Shown here: positions 9,975 through 20,130 of the stretch, in pieces
Numbering within the stretch: the first letter of the stretch is position 1
Layout: every line of letters starts with the position of its first letter
NCBI GenBank assembly: GCA_965214095.1
Contig: OZ243938.1
Span: forward strand, 608,001 to 672,000
Direction: 5' to 3'
DNA length: 64,000 bases
Source: Candidatus Poribacteria bacterium
Lineage (GTDB): Bacteria > Poribacteria > WGA-4E > WGA-3G
The notes under the pieces: generated by a model
Told to the model about the DNA's origin: nothing
The model's input: only the letters and a program-made list of their open reading frames with translations
Database searches by the model: none
Made by a program: the position numbers and the translations under genes

Positions 9975-10883
9975 TTAGTTGGCCATCGCTTCTGCTACCC
10001 ATGCATCGTAACTCTCTTGTGTATGTACATATAGTTGACCAACCATTCCACCGTGACCAAACCCACATAGTTCTGCACACGGCATTTCAAAACGCCAGAC
10101 CGTTACATCAAGTTGATTTACATCTGATTTGTTGTATGTACTCAGTTCCCCATCAATACTAAGAGTCAATGTATCATCAGTTTCAACGACAATATTACCG
10201 GTTACTGCGGGTGTATTTACATCAGAAAATGTAAGTGTACCAGTATAACATCCTTTCCACCTGACGTTTTCAAGCTCAGTTATTGGACTCACATCTAACT
10301 CTTTGGTATCAAACCATACATCAATAAATCTGTTGGGTAGTGCGTCTTGTTTTAAACGTAATTGCGGAACGAAAAAACTATGAATAACATCTTCAGATAT
10401 TAATCTGACATGAACAACCTTGTGAACAGGCACATGCAATTCATCAAGATACTTGAGATCATCACCAGGATCATCAACAGTACCTAATTCGCCGTCACGA
10501 CCAACTTCTGTGTTGAATTCATTGTCAGGACCGGGATAGATCACTTTCCAATTAAACTGTTTCGCTCTAACTTGAACCACAATATCCGGATTTGTTGGAA
10601 ACTCTGAAGGAGATTTTATATTGTTCCATTGTGGAAAACTCAACATCGCCAACCCGAATACAATCACGGTAGTCGCCGTTGTCCAGATAATTTCAAGCTT
10701 CGTACTTCCTTCTATATACTCAGCACGGACTCCTTCACGATGGCGATATTTAATAAGAAATACTATGAGTGTTGCCATTACAAGTACAAATACAACAAAC
10801 GTAATCCAATATATAAGCGTAAACAGATTGTCAACGCCTACTCCGAACGATGATATATTTACTGGGAGCCATCGTAACATCAA
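9975..10883 (-). CDS. ctaC: Cytochrome c oxidase subunit II (CuA) with an internal beta-module insertion
   Basis: LEIIWT, DVIHSFF, KQDALP, CAELCGFGHGGM CuA motif. Confidence 0.95.
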   Translation of the reverse strand: MMLRWLPVNISSFGVGVDNLFTLIYWITFVVFVLVMATLIVFLIKYRHREGVRAEYIEGSTKLEIIWTTATTVIVFGLAMLSFPQWNNIKSPSEFPTNPDIVVQVRAKQFNWKVIYPGPDNEFNTEVGRDGELGTVDDPGDDLKYLDELHVPVHKVVHVRLISEDVIHSFFVPQLRLKQDALPNRFIDVWFDTKELDVSPITELENVRWKGCYTGTLTFSDVNTPAVTGNIVVETDDTLTLSIDGELSTYNKSDVNQLDVTVWRFEMPCAELCGFGHGGMVGQLYVHTQESYDAWVAEAMAN

Positions 10884-10961
10884 ATTCTCCTTAACATAAA
10901 GTTGTGCACAATATGGTGGGATACACCAATAAACAGAAAATGCACATTAAATTCTAATGAT

Positions 10962-11744
10962 TCAGTTCGTTTGGGAGTACGCTGTAAACGTTGCCCCCAA
11001 GTAAGTCAATACACAAAACACGCTTGTTATCAGTATAGAGAAAGTCCATTGAGGTATTTCTATACCTGTCGGTATAGTATTGAAATATAGACTGTGTCGA
11101 AATGCAGCGAGACCATAAGACAAAGGGTTAATTTTCATTATCCATCCTAACCAAACTGGAACGCCAGATATTGGAAAAAAAGCACCTGACAACAACCATA
11201 TTGGTATGAGAATTAGGTTCATGATAGCATGAAAGCCTTGTGTTGATTCCATTCTCCAGGCGATCATCAAACCAAGATTTGTCAATCCAAATGCGATAAG
11301 GAACATCACAACTAAAGTCAACAACAGTGAGGTAAAGCCAAATCTTATTCCTATGAATGGGGCGATGACCAACAATAGTATCCCTTGGATGAGTGCTAAA
11401 GTCGTTCCTCCTAATGCTTGACCGAGAACTATGCTCCATCTTGAAACAGGTGCGACGAGTATCCCTTGTAGAAACCCCTCTCTCCGTTCATTTACAACCG
11501 AGATTGTAGCAAATATAGCAGTAAATAGCAATACCAAAACAACAATACCCGGATAGAAATACTCAATATAACCTTGATTCTCAGGTGTTCCTGCAGGTTG
11601 AAATGATGCACTTAATCCACTTCCTATCAAGACCCAGAAAATCAAAGGTTGAGCAATGGCACTAAATAGTCTGCTCCGTTGGCGAATAAACCTTATTATT
11701 TCACGCCACCAAATAGTTGAAACAGGAAGCAGAACGCTCATCAT
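10962..11744 (-). CDS. ABC-2 type transporter permease
   Basis: ERREGFLQGILVAPVSR, LLSGAFFP, NPLSY motifs. Confidence 0.9.
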   Translation of the reverse strand: MMSVLLPVSTIWWREIIRFIRQRSRLFSAIAQPLIFWVLIGSGLSASFQPAGTPENQGYIEYFYPGIVVLVLLFTAIFATISVVNERREGFLQGILVAPVSRWSIVLGQALGGTTLALIQGILLLVIAPFIGIRFGFTSLLLTLVVMFLIAFGLTNLGLMIAWRMESTQGFHAIMNLILIPIWLLSGAFFPISGVPVWLGWIMKINPLSYGLAAFRHSLYFNTIPTGIEIPQWTFSILITSVFCVLTYLGATFTAYSQTN

Positions 11745-11758
11745 TCAATTGTGCCTTA

Positions 11759-11860
11759 TATAGTGAATTATAAATATAAGTTGACACTTTCGACCCACGG
11801 TAGGCGAGGTTTCCTAACCTCGCCGATGCAGAGTGTTCAAGCAATTTCAAATCTACTATA
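11759..11860. mobile_element. MITE-like element with REP GGTAGGCGAGGTTTCCTAACCTCGCC
   Basis: TATAGTG..CTACTATA ends; right arm nearly identical to that of the 7808 element. Confidence 0.7.
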
Positions 11861-12773
11861 CAAATGGGTTTCCTGTAAACTTGATGAAAACATCCTCTAA
11901 TGTTGGCTTACCAATCTGCACGTTTCCTATCTCTTTAGGGAATGCAGTAACGACTTCTTTCACAAACTCATGTCCCTGCTCACATACAATATACAATCTG
12001 TTGTTAATTGTTGTTGATGTAATACCAAATCTTTCAGAAATTGCCTGATTGAGAATGTCTGGGTCTGTAGTTTCTATTCTAACCACATCACCCACAATTT
12101 GGGATTTGAGTATCTCAGCCGTTCCAAGTGTAACCAATTTTCCTTTGTCTAATATACCAATTCGGTCACACGACTCAGCTTCATCTAATATATGTGATGT
12201 CAATAGAATGAGTATATTTTCAGATTTTGCAAGTAGATTTAGGTATTCACTCAGTTGTCTTCTAATGCCAACATCTAAACCGCTACTTGGTTCATCAAGG
12301 AGCAAAACCCTTGGTGAATGTAACAACGCTTTAGCAATTTCAACCCGTCTTTGTAATCCTCCAGATAACTCTTCTACAAGGTCATTTTCTCTATCAATTA
12401 TATCTAACTTTTCAAGAAGTTCTGATATCCTATTATTTAGGTTCTTTCCTTGGCATCCGTAGAGATGACCTTGATGTCTTAGATTTTCCTTAACTTTGAG
12501 CTTTCCATCAAGTCCTGGATGTTGAAAAACAACCCCCAATAACTTCCGTATTGCTTTTACATCCATCCTCAGATCATATCCAAGAATGTTTACATTTCCC
12601 GATATATGAGAGAGTAACGTTGAAAGTATCTTAAAAAGGGTTGTTTTTCCACTTCCGTTTGGACCGAGAAAACATAAAATCTCACCACATGATACGGTAA
12701 AACTCACATCGTCTAATGCACATCTTGAACCGTATGAATGTGAAAGGTTTTCAACCGTAATTCTATTTTCCAC
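11856..12773 (-). CDS. ABC transporter ATP-binding protein
   Basis: GPNGSGKT Walker A, LSGG signature, LLLDEP Walker B, PTLEDVF C-terminus. Confidence 0.95.
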   Translation of the reverse strand: MENRITVENLSHSYGSRCALDDVSFTVSCGEILCFLGPNGSGKTTLFKILSTLLSHISGNVNILGYDLRMDVKAIRKLLGVVFQHPGLDGKLKVKENLRHQGHLYGCQGKNLNNRISELLEKLDIIDRENDLVEELSGGLQRRVEIAKALLHSPRVLLLDEPSSGLDVGIRRQLSEYLNLLAKSENILILLTSHILDEAESCDRIGILDKGKLVTLGTAEILKSQIVGDVVRIETTDPDILNQAISERFGITSTTINNRLYIVCEQGHEFVKEVVTAFPKEIGNVQIGKPTLEDVFIKFTGNPFV

Positions 12774-12798
12774 ACTATACTATTGGAGTGTCCATTCT

Positions 12799-12890
12799 TA
12801 TACCATTTCTGAAAAATAACTTCTCATTAAGAAAGGAACCGTTCGTAGTCGCGCAATTCATTGCGCCTCTTACATTTAGAAATGGTATTA
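12799..12890. mobile_element. MITE-like element (TACCATTTCT/AGAAATGGTA ends) with REP GTAGTCGCGCAATTCATTGCGC
   Basis: Terminal inverted repeats; left part identical to 55713-55791. Confidence 0.7.
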
Positions 12891-12894
12891 CATT

Positions 12895-12976
12895 GTAGGT
12901 CGGGTAGAGGCACGAAACCCGACTTTATTGATGATAAATGGATGCATGTCGGGTTTCGTGCCTCTACCCGACCTAC
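12895..12976. repeat. REPIN-like inverted doublet (GTAGGTCGGGTAGAGGCACGAAACCCGAC)
   Basis: 29-bp perfect inverted pair; near-identical copy at 42785-42866. Confidence 0.8.
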
Positions 12977-12997
12977 AAGATTAGTGTAGACAGAACA

Positions 12998-13816
12998 CTA
13001 TTCTGCAAGTTTCAGTGTAAAATCTTGCTTTACCTCTCCACCAGCGGTGACAGTGACAGTTTGCGGTTCTTTGTTATTTGTACCGCATGCTTCATGCCAA
13101 TAACCCAATTTATATGTTCCCGGTGGTACATTTTCAAGTGTGAATTCACCCTTTTCATTAGTCACGGCAAAATATGGGTGTGGCACATAGGCTATATATG
13201 CTTTCATCCAACTATGAATGTCACACTTAACTTCAACTGGACCACCTGCTTCAGCGATTCCCTTGATCCTTAACCTCTTGAGCATCCTGTTCTGCTGTTT
13301 GTTAATGTCCTGTCCCATATCATTGTCATTGAGCATAATATGTACATTATGGGTAACCGGTGCATTGTTTAGCATTGTTAGACGTACCCCAACAGGGACT
13401 ATTTGGACGTGCGGGGTGAATTTACAATTTTCTTGATCGATTTCAGGTTTTTTTGCTGCAGCGTCAAAATCTTTCCCTTTGGTGATATCCATTAGATAGA
13501 CAATCGTATTTTTCAGTTCCATGGCTTCGCCTACAACAACAGATTCATCATACTTATCGGTTTTACCACAAACTGCGACATCTTTGTTAATCGGCAGTTT
13601 CTTCATTTTAGGTGTTTCGCCATCAAACTTGACGACACCAATGATTTTACCGCCGTCATTTACCTTCATGGATGTATACGCTTCTGGAAAAACAAGTTTA
13701 TTATTTTCTTCTTCTTCTTCATGGTTGTCTGCAAATACAATCAGACCAAAACAGCACGCAAGAAGTACCATAAAAGACGCGAACACTTTAGTTTTCATTT
13801 TATTCTCCTTTTTCAA
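12998..13816 (-). CDS. Secreted cupredoxin-like / carboxypeptidase-regulatory-like domain protein (paralog 1)
   Basis: Signal peptide; DQENCKFTPHV, HNVH and CDIHSWM (type-1 Cu-like ligand set); VPPGTY..WHE. Confidence 0.75.
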   Translation of the reverse strand: MKKENKMKTKVFASFMVLLACCFGLIVFADNHEEEEENNKLVFPEAYTSMKVNDGGKIIGVVKFDGETPKMKKLPINKDVAVCGKTDKYDESVVVGEAMELKNTIVYLMDITKGKDFDAAAKKPEIDQENCKFTPHVQIVPVGVRLTMLNNAPVTHNVHIMLNDNDMGQDINKQQNRMLKRLRIKGIAEAGGPVEVKCDIHSWMKAYIAYVPHPYFAVTNEKGEFTLENVPPGTYKLGYWHEACGTNNKEPQTVTVTAGGEVKQDFTLKLAE

Positions 13817-13933
13817 CGCACAATGATTTATCCATCGCTCAAATACATGCGATTCTCAACAACCAAAGTAGCGTATCGTTTAATAAATTATAGGATGAGG
13901 AACATTGTCGTTCCTACACACCATTCCATAAAA

Positions 13934-15664
13934 TTAAGTATTTCTTCTCAGTACAAACTGTCGCAAACCGACTAACAAACCTAACGAGAGTAATGCGACT
14001 AAAGGTGGGTATATAAACCTTCTTGAAGAAGGTACTGGCTCCAGAACAAAGGTATACCAACTTGAAATGACACGTTTTGTGTCTACATCGCCATTAGCAC
14101 CATCCCATGCTGAGAATGCAATCGGTACAAATACAGCAGGTTCAATCTGCAAATCCTTTTTATCTTCAGTTTTTAATGCGCGTTTAACCCATAGTCTGTA
14201 TTGTCCCTCTTTGTATTCACTCTCTGCTTGAACATTCCCTTGATCTTCTTGTAACTCTGCATTGGACATGCCCTTTGCAGTAAGTTCCTTGAGTGTTTCT
14301 GGTTCTGAAGCCATCCACTGCCACAGATAGACAGGTTTTCTGCCACCCCATAGAAAATAGGGTTTTTCATCTGTTGGCCCCTTGGGCACTTTAACCGGAA
14401 ACTGAATTGCCAAACCATCTATAAAGGATTGACCAAAATCTTCAGTTTCTTCCACAGAAGTATTGTTCGTTCTGTCGTCCCAAGTGAATAAGAACGCTAC
14501 TTCAGTATCGTTGTAGAATGACTTGACATTCACGGAGTCTATTGTTGGATTAAACTGTCTCGGTTCAACTATGACTTGTCCAACAAGTGGGTAATAACTT
14601 GATTCAAGTGTATCCCATTCAGCATCGTCAAATGTTGGTAAATCTCCTTCTTTATACTGCGATCTCAAGACATTGTTTCCTATGGCAGATTCAGGTCGTT
14701 TTTCTGGTGAAAGAGATTTGACATAGTTTGCAAGATGCCAACTCTTTTCATAAACAACCTTCATTGCATCATCATAGATTTTTTGTGCTTCTGGGGTAAG
14801 TTCAGTTCCTTCCGCACGATCAAGCGCAGCAATAACAGTTGTATCCCATTTTTCAAAAAGCAGATCAAATTCCGCTTGTTCTTCTTCAGATAACTCCTGG
14901 CCATCATCAACCTTTTTTTCTAACGGGGCAAATCGTTTAGATTCTTCTGGTGTCAAACCGAAGTGATAGAAAGTGTCACCTTCAAATGCAGGCATAGGTG
15001 AACCAGCAATTCCACCTATAAATCGCCTAAAAATATCTTCCGTGGTTGAGCCACCTCTGTAGTTCCATCCCTGAGCAAGATTAGCTGGCCATGTCCTGTA
15101 ATCCCAACCATCAACTAATGTTGGTGCGGAAGTTCCATCACCTCTGCCTACATTGCCGTGACATTCAATACAACCGAGTTCTGTATAAAGCTCTTTCCCA
15201 ATTTCTACACTCTCTTGTGAGTATTTTACTTTTCCAGTTAGATCAATTTGTCTTGGTGTCGTTTCACTATCTTCTAATTCTTGAAACCCACTATAAAAAG
15301 TTTTTATATACGCAACAAGTTCCCAACGGTCATTAGCACTGAGTGCGCTCTCCCACTCTGGCATGGATGAACCTGGCATTCCATTCGTAATTATATCAAA
15401 TAAGTCTTGATCTGTAGGTAATTCGCCACTTTCTGTAGATCTGATTTTATACACGCCACCCGTGAAGTCTCTTGGTCTCGGAAGCAGATTCTCGGCAGCA
15501 CTACCATCACCACGACCTTCAATACCGTGACAGTGCGCGCAGCTTTCCTCATATACCTCTTTCCCACGTTCAGAAACTTCTGGAACTTCTTGGGTATAAG
15601 AGATATAAGTAACTGCAAACAAACTAAATATAAGGATAAATAGGACAAAAAATGTTGTTCTCAT
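13934..15664 (-). CDS. Diheme cytochrome c + ethylbenzene-dehydrogenase-gamma-like (EB_dh/DOMON) domain, C-terminal membrane anchor
   Basis: CAHCH and CIECH; FTWDDRT..DGLAIQFP..KPYFLWG..VYLWQW..IAFSAWDG; C-terminal TM. Confidence 0.8.
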   Translation of the reverse strand: MRTTFFVLFILIFSLFAVTYISYTQEVPEVSERGKEVYEESCAHCHGIEGRGDGSAAENLLPRPRDFTGGVYKIRSTESGELPTDQDLFDIITNGMPGSSMPEWESALSANDRWELVAYIKTFYSGFQELEDSETTPRQIDLTGKVKYSQESVEIGKELYTELGCIECHGNVGRGDGTSAPTLVDGWDYRTWPANLAQGWNYRGGSTTEDIFRRFIGGIAGSPMPAFEGDTFYHFGLTPEESKRFAPLEKKVDDGQELSEEEQAEFDLLFEKWDTTVIAALDRAEGTELTPEAQKIYDDAMKVVYEKSWHLANYVKSLSPEKRPESAIGNNVLRSQYKEGDLPTFDDAEWDTLESSYYPLVGQVIVEPRQFNPTIDSVNVKSFYNDTEVAFLFTWDDRTNNTSVEETEDFGQSFIDGLAIQFPVKVPKGPTDEKPYFLWGGRKPVYLWQWMASEPETLKELTAKGMSNAELQEDQGNVQAESEYKEGQYRLWVKRALKTEDKKDLQIEPAVFVPIAFSAWDGANGDVDTKRVISSWYTFVLEPVPSSRRFIYPPLVALLSLGLLVGLRQFVLRRNT

Positions 15665-15666
15665 GA

Positions 15667-16443
15667 TTAGTGTCCCTCACCAAATGTCCGATATGAATAA
15701 CCAGTATAATGAGACAAAAAGAGAATTACATCCCAGATCTCTTCTTCAGTTAACATTTCTTCCCATACAGGCATGGCGGAGTTCCAAGGGGTTCCAGCAT
15801 TAGGTAAACCTGGGCCACCTTTGCTTATCCTCCAAAAGAAAAAAGATTCTTGGAAATTTGGAATGATACCTGGGTCTTGAAAATTTGCTGGTAGAGGTTG
15901 AAACCCATGTGCAAGATGTCCTTGTCCATCAAGATGATCTCCATGACAGACGAAGCAGTTATCATAATATACACGTCGTCCATTTTCTACATGAGACTTA
16001 AATTCTTCAGGATCATCCTTTTCATAATGACGATATGGATTCTCTGCCTCCTGCATTGAACCGATGACTTTGTCCTTATACGTCAATTCAAGCGGAGGTG
16101 AAGGATGTGCATCCCGCGGGTCTCCTGGAGGATTAGCCTTTTGGGCAATATTTGTATACGTATACCCTAACATGAGAACTGGTATCAGAACTGCAAGAAC
16201 TATACGACGGCTACTGTGTCTCTCATCAACAAGTGTCTCGTGTATAGGTCTGATGAATTCTTCAAATCTTGTATCTTCTACGGAGACATGTACCAGAATA
16301 GCAATAAGGATCAACGCCATATACATAGCGATTACACTATTAGGAATTGGAACTGAGATAAGACCTCCTACGACGAATCGCAGAAATACCCAACAGGCAA
16401 TGAATATAACAAAACATATTGTGAAGAGTGAAATCCTTTTCAT
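15667..16443 (-). CDS. Membrane-bound monoheme cytochrome c
   Basis: 3 N-terminal TM segments; CFVCHG; SAMPVWE axial Met. Confidence 0.85.
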   Translation of the reverse strand: MKRISLFTICFVIFIACWVFLRFVVGGLISVPIPNSVIAMYMALILIAILVHVSVEDTRFEEFIRPIHETLVDERHSSRRIVLAVLIPVLMLGYTYTNIAQKANPPGDPRDAHPSPPLELTYKDKVIGSMQEAENPYRHYEKDDPEEFKSHVENGRRVYYDNCFVCHGDHLDGQGHLAHGFQPLPANFQDPGIIPNFQESFFFWRISKGGPGLPNAGTPWNSAMPVWEEMLTEEEIWDVILFLSHYTGYSYRTFGEGH

Positions 16444-16472
16444 TGCTTTTCTCCTCTTAAGTTCTTCCCAAT

Positions 16473-18014
16473 CTATTCTGGTGCTTCTCCAGATGAATCA
16501 GTGGTTTCAGATTGTTCAATATCGTCAGAGGCAGTTTCATCCGTAGTGGTTCCAGTCAAAGTACTCAAAAATGCAATTAAATCCGCTAACTGTGTCACAG
16601 TTAATGTATCGGGAAAGTTATCAGGCATTGGAGATTTTATAAGTAACTTTTTACCTGAACCGACTGCTAAGACATCTCCTGCTACATCAAAGGTATCAAA
16701 TATTTCTTCGCTTCCATCAACCATCAAAACGATTTCGTCATCTTCCATTGTACCGGACACATGTTCTCCAACAACCTCTCCCACATCAAAGATTGTAAGT
16801 GTCATCATCATTTTCAAATCAGTTTTTGAGAAGCTTCTTGTTTCTTCACCGATTTTCAGCGTAACCGTATCGGTAGTTTCCTCAACGATCTCTCCACTGA
16901 CAGGCGTATCGGAATCTTTAGGTGTAATTGTCAATGTGAAAAACCCATTGTCCTTAAGATTTACAATATCCTCTTCATCAACTGGTTCTTCATCAAATTC
17001 ACTAAATAATACGGTATGTTCTGTTTCTGTTCCATCGGCTGCTTTCGTCCTAATTACAACTTTTTCTTCATCTTGGGAAACTATAGTGCCTTCGTAGGTA
17101 GTACCATTCGCTTTGATTTTTGCTGTTCCATATCCGCTGACAATTTGTGCATGTGGTTTTAAAACAGATTCTTCAAGGTAACGCGCTTCATTGAAAGCAG
17201 CAATTTCAGTAAGTTCTGGTGCAGTGACAACTTCAAAGTCTTCACTTGCTTCACCCGCTTTTGGATTTTCAACACCTTCAACAACATGACAGGAAATACA
17301 TGCTTGATCTATAAAAACTTTTCTTCCTGCATCAGGGTTACCCGTAAGCAGTGGTGGTAAAGCAGCACCCGCTGTTTCAATATTTGCTCTATCAATAGGT
17401 TCATCAAACGGTTCCGGGTCAATTTCACCACCTTGACTCTGTAGAAAGGCGATAACCGCTGCAATCTCTAACTTAGTGAGTTCAATCGGTTTTTTCCATA
17501 CCTCTGGCATAATCTTACCATAACCAGGCACCAAATATTTTCCCGGATCATAGAGCGATTCAATTAGATAAGACTTCGCATCCATTCCTGCCACACGGTT
17601 AGCTGCATTGACACCAATATCTGTTAGGTCGGGACACCGTCCTGGCAGTGCAGAAGTATCCACTGTATGACATGTCTTACACTGTCCTTTTGTATTGAAA
17701 ATAGCAGCACCTATTTCTACCACTGCATCAGGATCAGACCAATCCAGTTCCGTTACAGGACCTGTTGCTGTTGAGGTATCTGGGACAAGTGCGGCAACAA
17801 ATGCGTAAAACCAAATCACCCCTAATGAAAATGTTACCAATTTCATCACAGGAAACCACAATACCATGTTCAACAAGACTGAAACTGTGAACCAGACTGA
17901 CCATGGCAATAGGTTTTCTGATGCAATTGGAAAAGCAGGTGCCTTTGCAATAAATGCAATGAAACTCACAACCATTAGGAGCAGACATCCTGTCCTGATA
18001 AGCGTTTTTTTCAT
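16473..18014 (-). CDS. Membrane-bound diheme cytochrome c with triplicated beta-module insertion
   Basis: CKTCH and CISCH; IMP and SPMP axial Met motifs; acidic beta repeats. Confidence 0.85.
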   Translation of the reverse strand: MKKTLIRTGCLLLMVVSFIAFIAKAPAFPIASENLLPWSVWFTVSVLLNMVLWFPVMKLVTFSLGVIWFYAFVAALVPDTSTATGPVTELDWSDPDAVVEIGAAIFNTKGQCKTCHTVDTSALPGRCPDLTDIGVNAANRVAGMDAKSYLIESLYDPGKYLVPGYGKIMPEVWKKPIELTKLEIAAVIAFLQSQGGEIDPEPFDEPIDRANIETAGAALPPLLTGNPDAGRKVFIDQACISCHVVEGVENPKAGEASEDFEVVTAPELTEIAAFNEARYLEESVLKPHAQIVSGYGTAKIKANGTTYEGTIVSQDEEKVVIRTKAADGTETEHTVLFSEFDEEPVDEEDIVNLKDNGFFTLTITPKDSDTPVSGEIVEETTDTVTLKIGEETRSFSKTDLKMMMTLTIFDVGEVVGEHVSGTMEDDEIVLMVDGSEEIFDTFDVAGDVLAVGSGKKLLIKSPMPDNFPDTLTVTQLADLIAFLSTLTGTTTDETASDDIEQSETTDSSGEAPE

Positions 18015-18029
18015 GGTTCTAATCTCCTA

Positions 18030-19976
18030 TTAATCGTTACTCTCTGTCACTGCTTCCATTGGAACTTCAGGTTGCTTCTTTTTCTCTCCCCAAAGACCAA
18101 GCCAGAAAATAAATCCGACAAGTGCGAAAAAGAGAACCATTATGATAGATACCATATTCACAGCCTCGCTAAGCGAAGGTGTGAATGCGTCAACAGAGGT
18201 GTCTCTATGAACACCGAAAATATGCCACCCTTCACGTAGACCTGAACGCGCATATCCCATCAAACCCATCAGGGAGGTAAAGGTGATAGCAAGTAATATC
18301 AGAACGTATTGTGAACGTTCTGTCATCCCACCCCAATCTATAGTGCCAGATGTTGTTGCTCTTCTATACATGAATATATCAATGATTGTTACAATCACCA
18401 TGACACCAAGCGCAACCATAACTTGCCAAGGGGTTAGGACATTCACACGGGTGTCAGTAGCAACAGAAAAACCAACGATTCCGATAACAACAATAGAAAC
18501 AACTCCTAAAAAGAATATAGAAGAAATTAATATATTACCAAGACCTTTCCAGCTTGTTGTTGGTGTCTTACCAGAACGTCTATAGAATAGAAAACTCAAG
18601 AAAGTTGTTAGGATAACGATGTTAACAGCGGTATTTTTCGCAGTCATCAATCCAAAGAAACCAAGGTGCGGGTGGTTTGAACCTCCCATTGCACTTAACT
18701 CAGATGCTGAGGAGATTTTTGATAAAGTACGCGGGGTCATCCATACAGCTACACAGATGACAATAATGGCAATCATATAAGGACGATAGCGAGCATATAT
18801 CTCACCACCCTTAATACGACCCATTCCTGACCATAGATAGTAGTTTGCACCGATGAATAGCACACCGATCATCACTGCCTGAAGAATAAATAGCCAAGAA
18901 AATAGGCTACCCATCATATTGATACCCATGGTGTTATTGAACATGTAGATTTCTCTACCTAACCAATAACCCGCGAAGGGAAGTGGTATTAGACCACACA
19001 ATGCAATGAAATTGCCGTTATATCCCATCCAATCGTAATGTGCTTTGTCTTCCTTCGTTTTGGCAACGAGGAACCGGAATGCAGCATAAGCTGCAACAAT
19101 AGAACCACCAAAGGCAATGTTACCAATTAATCTGTGAATATTGACTGGCATCCATGTAAAGTTGTTGACTGCTTCCCATACATTCGCTAAGAAGTCTCCT
19201 GACTCATTGTGAAGCGGAATAACAGAGTTGCCAGTTATCCCATCAAGAACTTCAGCACGTGTCATCTCAGGATCTTGAGTTAACATGCTTTCAATCCATG
19301 CTTCCTTTGTTTCATCGGACAATTTCTTAAATTGTGTTGCAGGACTCGTTTGATAGGTGAGCCATGTATTTGATACAAACATGATGGCTGTTCCCCACAA
19401 GTTTAACAGAACACCAAGCACAAGGTGTATCCATTTAAACCGTCCCCGCATCTTATCCCAACCATAATAATAGATGTATAACGTAAAAGTTTCTCCAAAG
19501 AACAGTACAACGTAGAATATCATTGTCGGACCAAAGATTCCGCTCAACTTACTCAAAACCTTTGGATAACACCATACAAGGATAAAGACAAGAACGCCAC
19601 CCAACAGTGCTGTTGTAGAGAATGCACCCATACAGAGTTTGATGAACTCATGTGCCATTCTGTCATATCGTTCATCTTTGGTCTTCCAACCGATGAACTC
19701 AATAATAACAGCAAACATCGGAACACCAAGGATGAAGGATCCGAAGAGCAGATGTAGCTGCGCGGCGATCCAAGCTGCGTTTCGGCTACCGATCATTGGG
19801 AACGGTCGATATTCTTCATCTGTCACGTCTTGCGCAAAGGCAGGAAGAACAGCAAATAGCACAAAACCGATTAGCATCACTGCAAGTATGAAATATATTC
19901 TCTTCAGAGTTTTTGGAGAGCAACAACGCATCTTTCGTTTCTCACCTACATTGTGTTGTCTTTCGATTGGCAACAC
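18030..19976 (-). CDS. Divergent cytochrome bd oxidase subunit I-like protein (no CydB nearby)
   Basis: QLHLLF..LGVPMF, ERYDRMA, GETFTLYIYYYGWD, NIHRLIGN; many TM segments; no canonical GRQPW motif. Confidence 0.8.
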   Translation of the reverse strand: MLPIERQHNVGEKRKMRCCSPKTLKRIYFILAVMLIGFVLFAVLPAFAQDVTDEEYRPFPMIGSRNAAWIAAQLHLLFGSFILGVPMFAVIIEFIGWKTKDERYDRMAHEFIKLCMGAFSTTALLGGVLVFILVWCYPKVLSKLSGIFGPTMIFYVVLFFGETFTLYIYYYGWDKMRGRFKWIHLVLGVLLNLWGTAIMFVSNTWLTYQTSPATQFKKLSDETKEAWIESMLTQDPEMTRAEVLDGITGNSVIPLHNESGDFLANVWEAVNNFTWMPVNIHRLIGNIAFGGSIVAAYAAFRFLVAKTKEDKAHYDWMGYNGNFIALCGLIPLPFAGYWLGREIYMFNNTMGINMMGSLFSWLFILQAVMIGVLFIGANYYLWSGMGRIKGGEIYARYRPYMIAIIVICVAVWMTPRTLSKISSASELSAMGGSNHPHLGFFGLMTAKNTAVNIVILTTFLSFLFYRRSGKTPTTSWKGLGNILISSIFFLGVVSIVVIGIVGFSVATDTRVNVLTPWQVMVALGVMVIVTIIDIFMYRRATTSGTIDWGGMTERSQYVLILLAITFTSLMGLMGYARSGLREGWHIFGVHRDTSVDAFTPSLSEAVNMVSIIMVLFFALVGFIFWLGLWGEKKKQPEVPMEAVTESND

Positions 19977-20012
19977 GAGATTTAAAATCTAATTTATGTC
20001 AAGAAGTCAGGT

Positions 20013-20128
20013 AATGCCATTTCTAATAGAAAATGCCGCATTTTTGTAGCATAAACTGCCAGTTTGTGCCGTCGTTCAAGGCATTCATAACAAATGTTAA
20101 TGAGATAAACATTTATAGAAATGGTATA
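20013..20128. mobile_element. ~116-bp MITE-like element (copy 1 of 3)
   Basis: CCATTTCTA..TAGAAATGG ends; internal GTAGCA(T/C)AAACTGCCAGTTTGTGC hairpin; copies at 52714 and 55805. Confidence 0.8.
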
Positions 20129-20130
20129 AC

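Noticed and set aside
16501-17097. 198-aa plus-strand ORF
   Set aside because: Ser/Ile-rich antisense shadow of the acidic cytochrome c gene.
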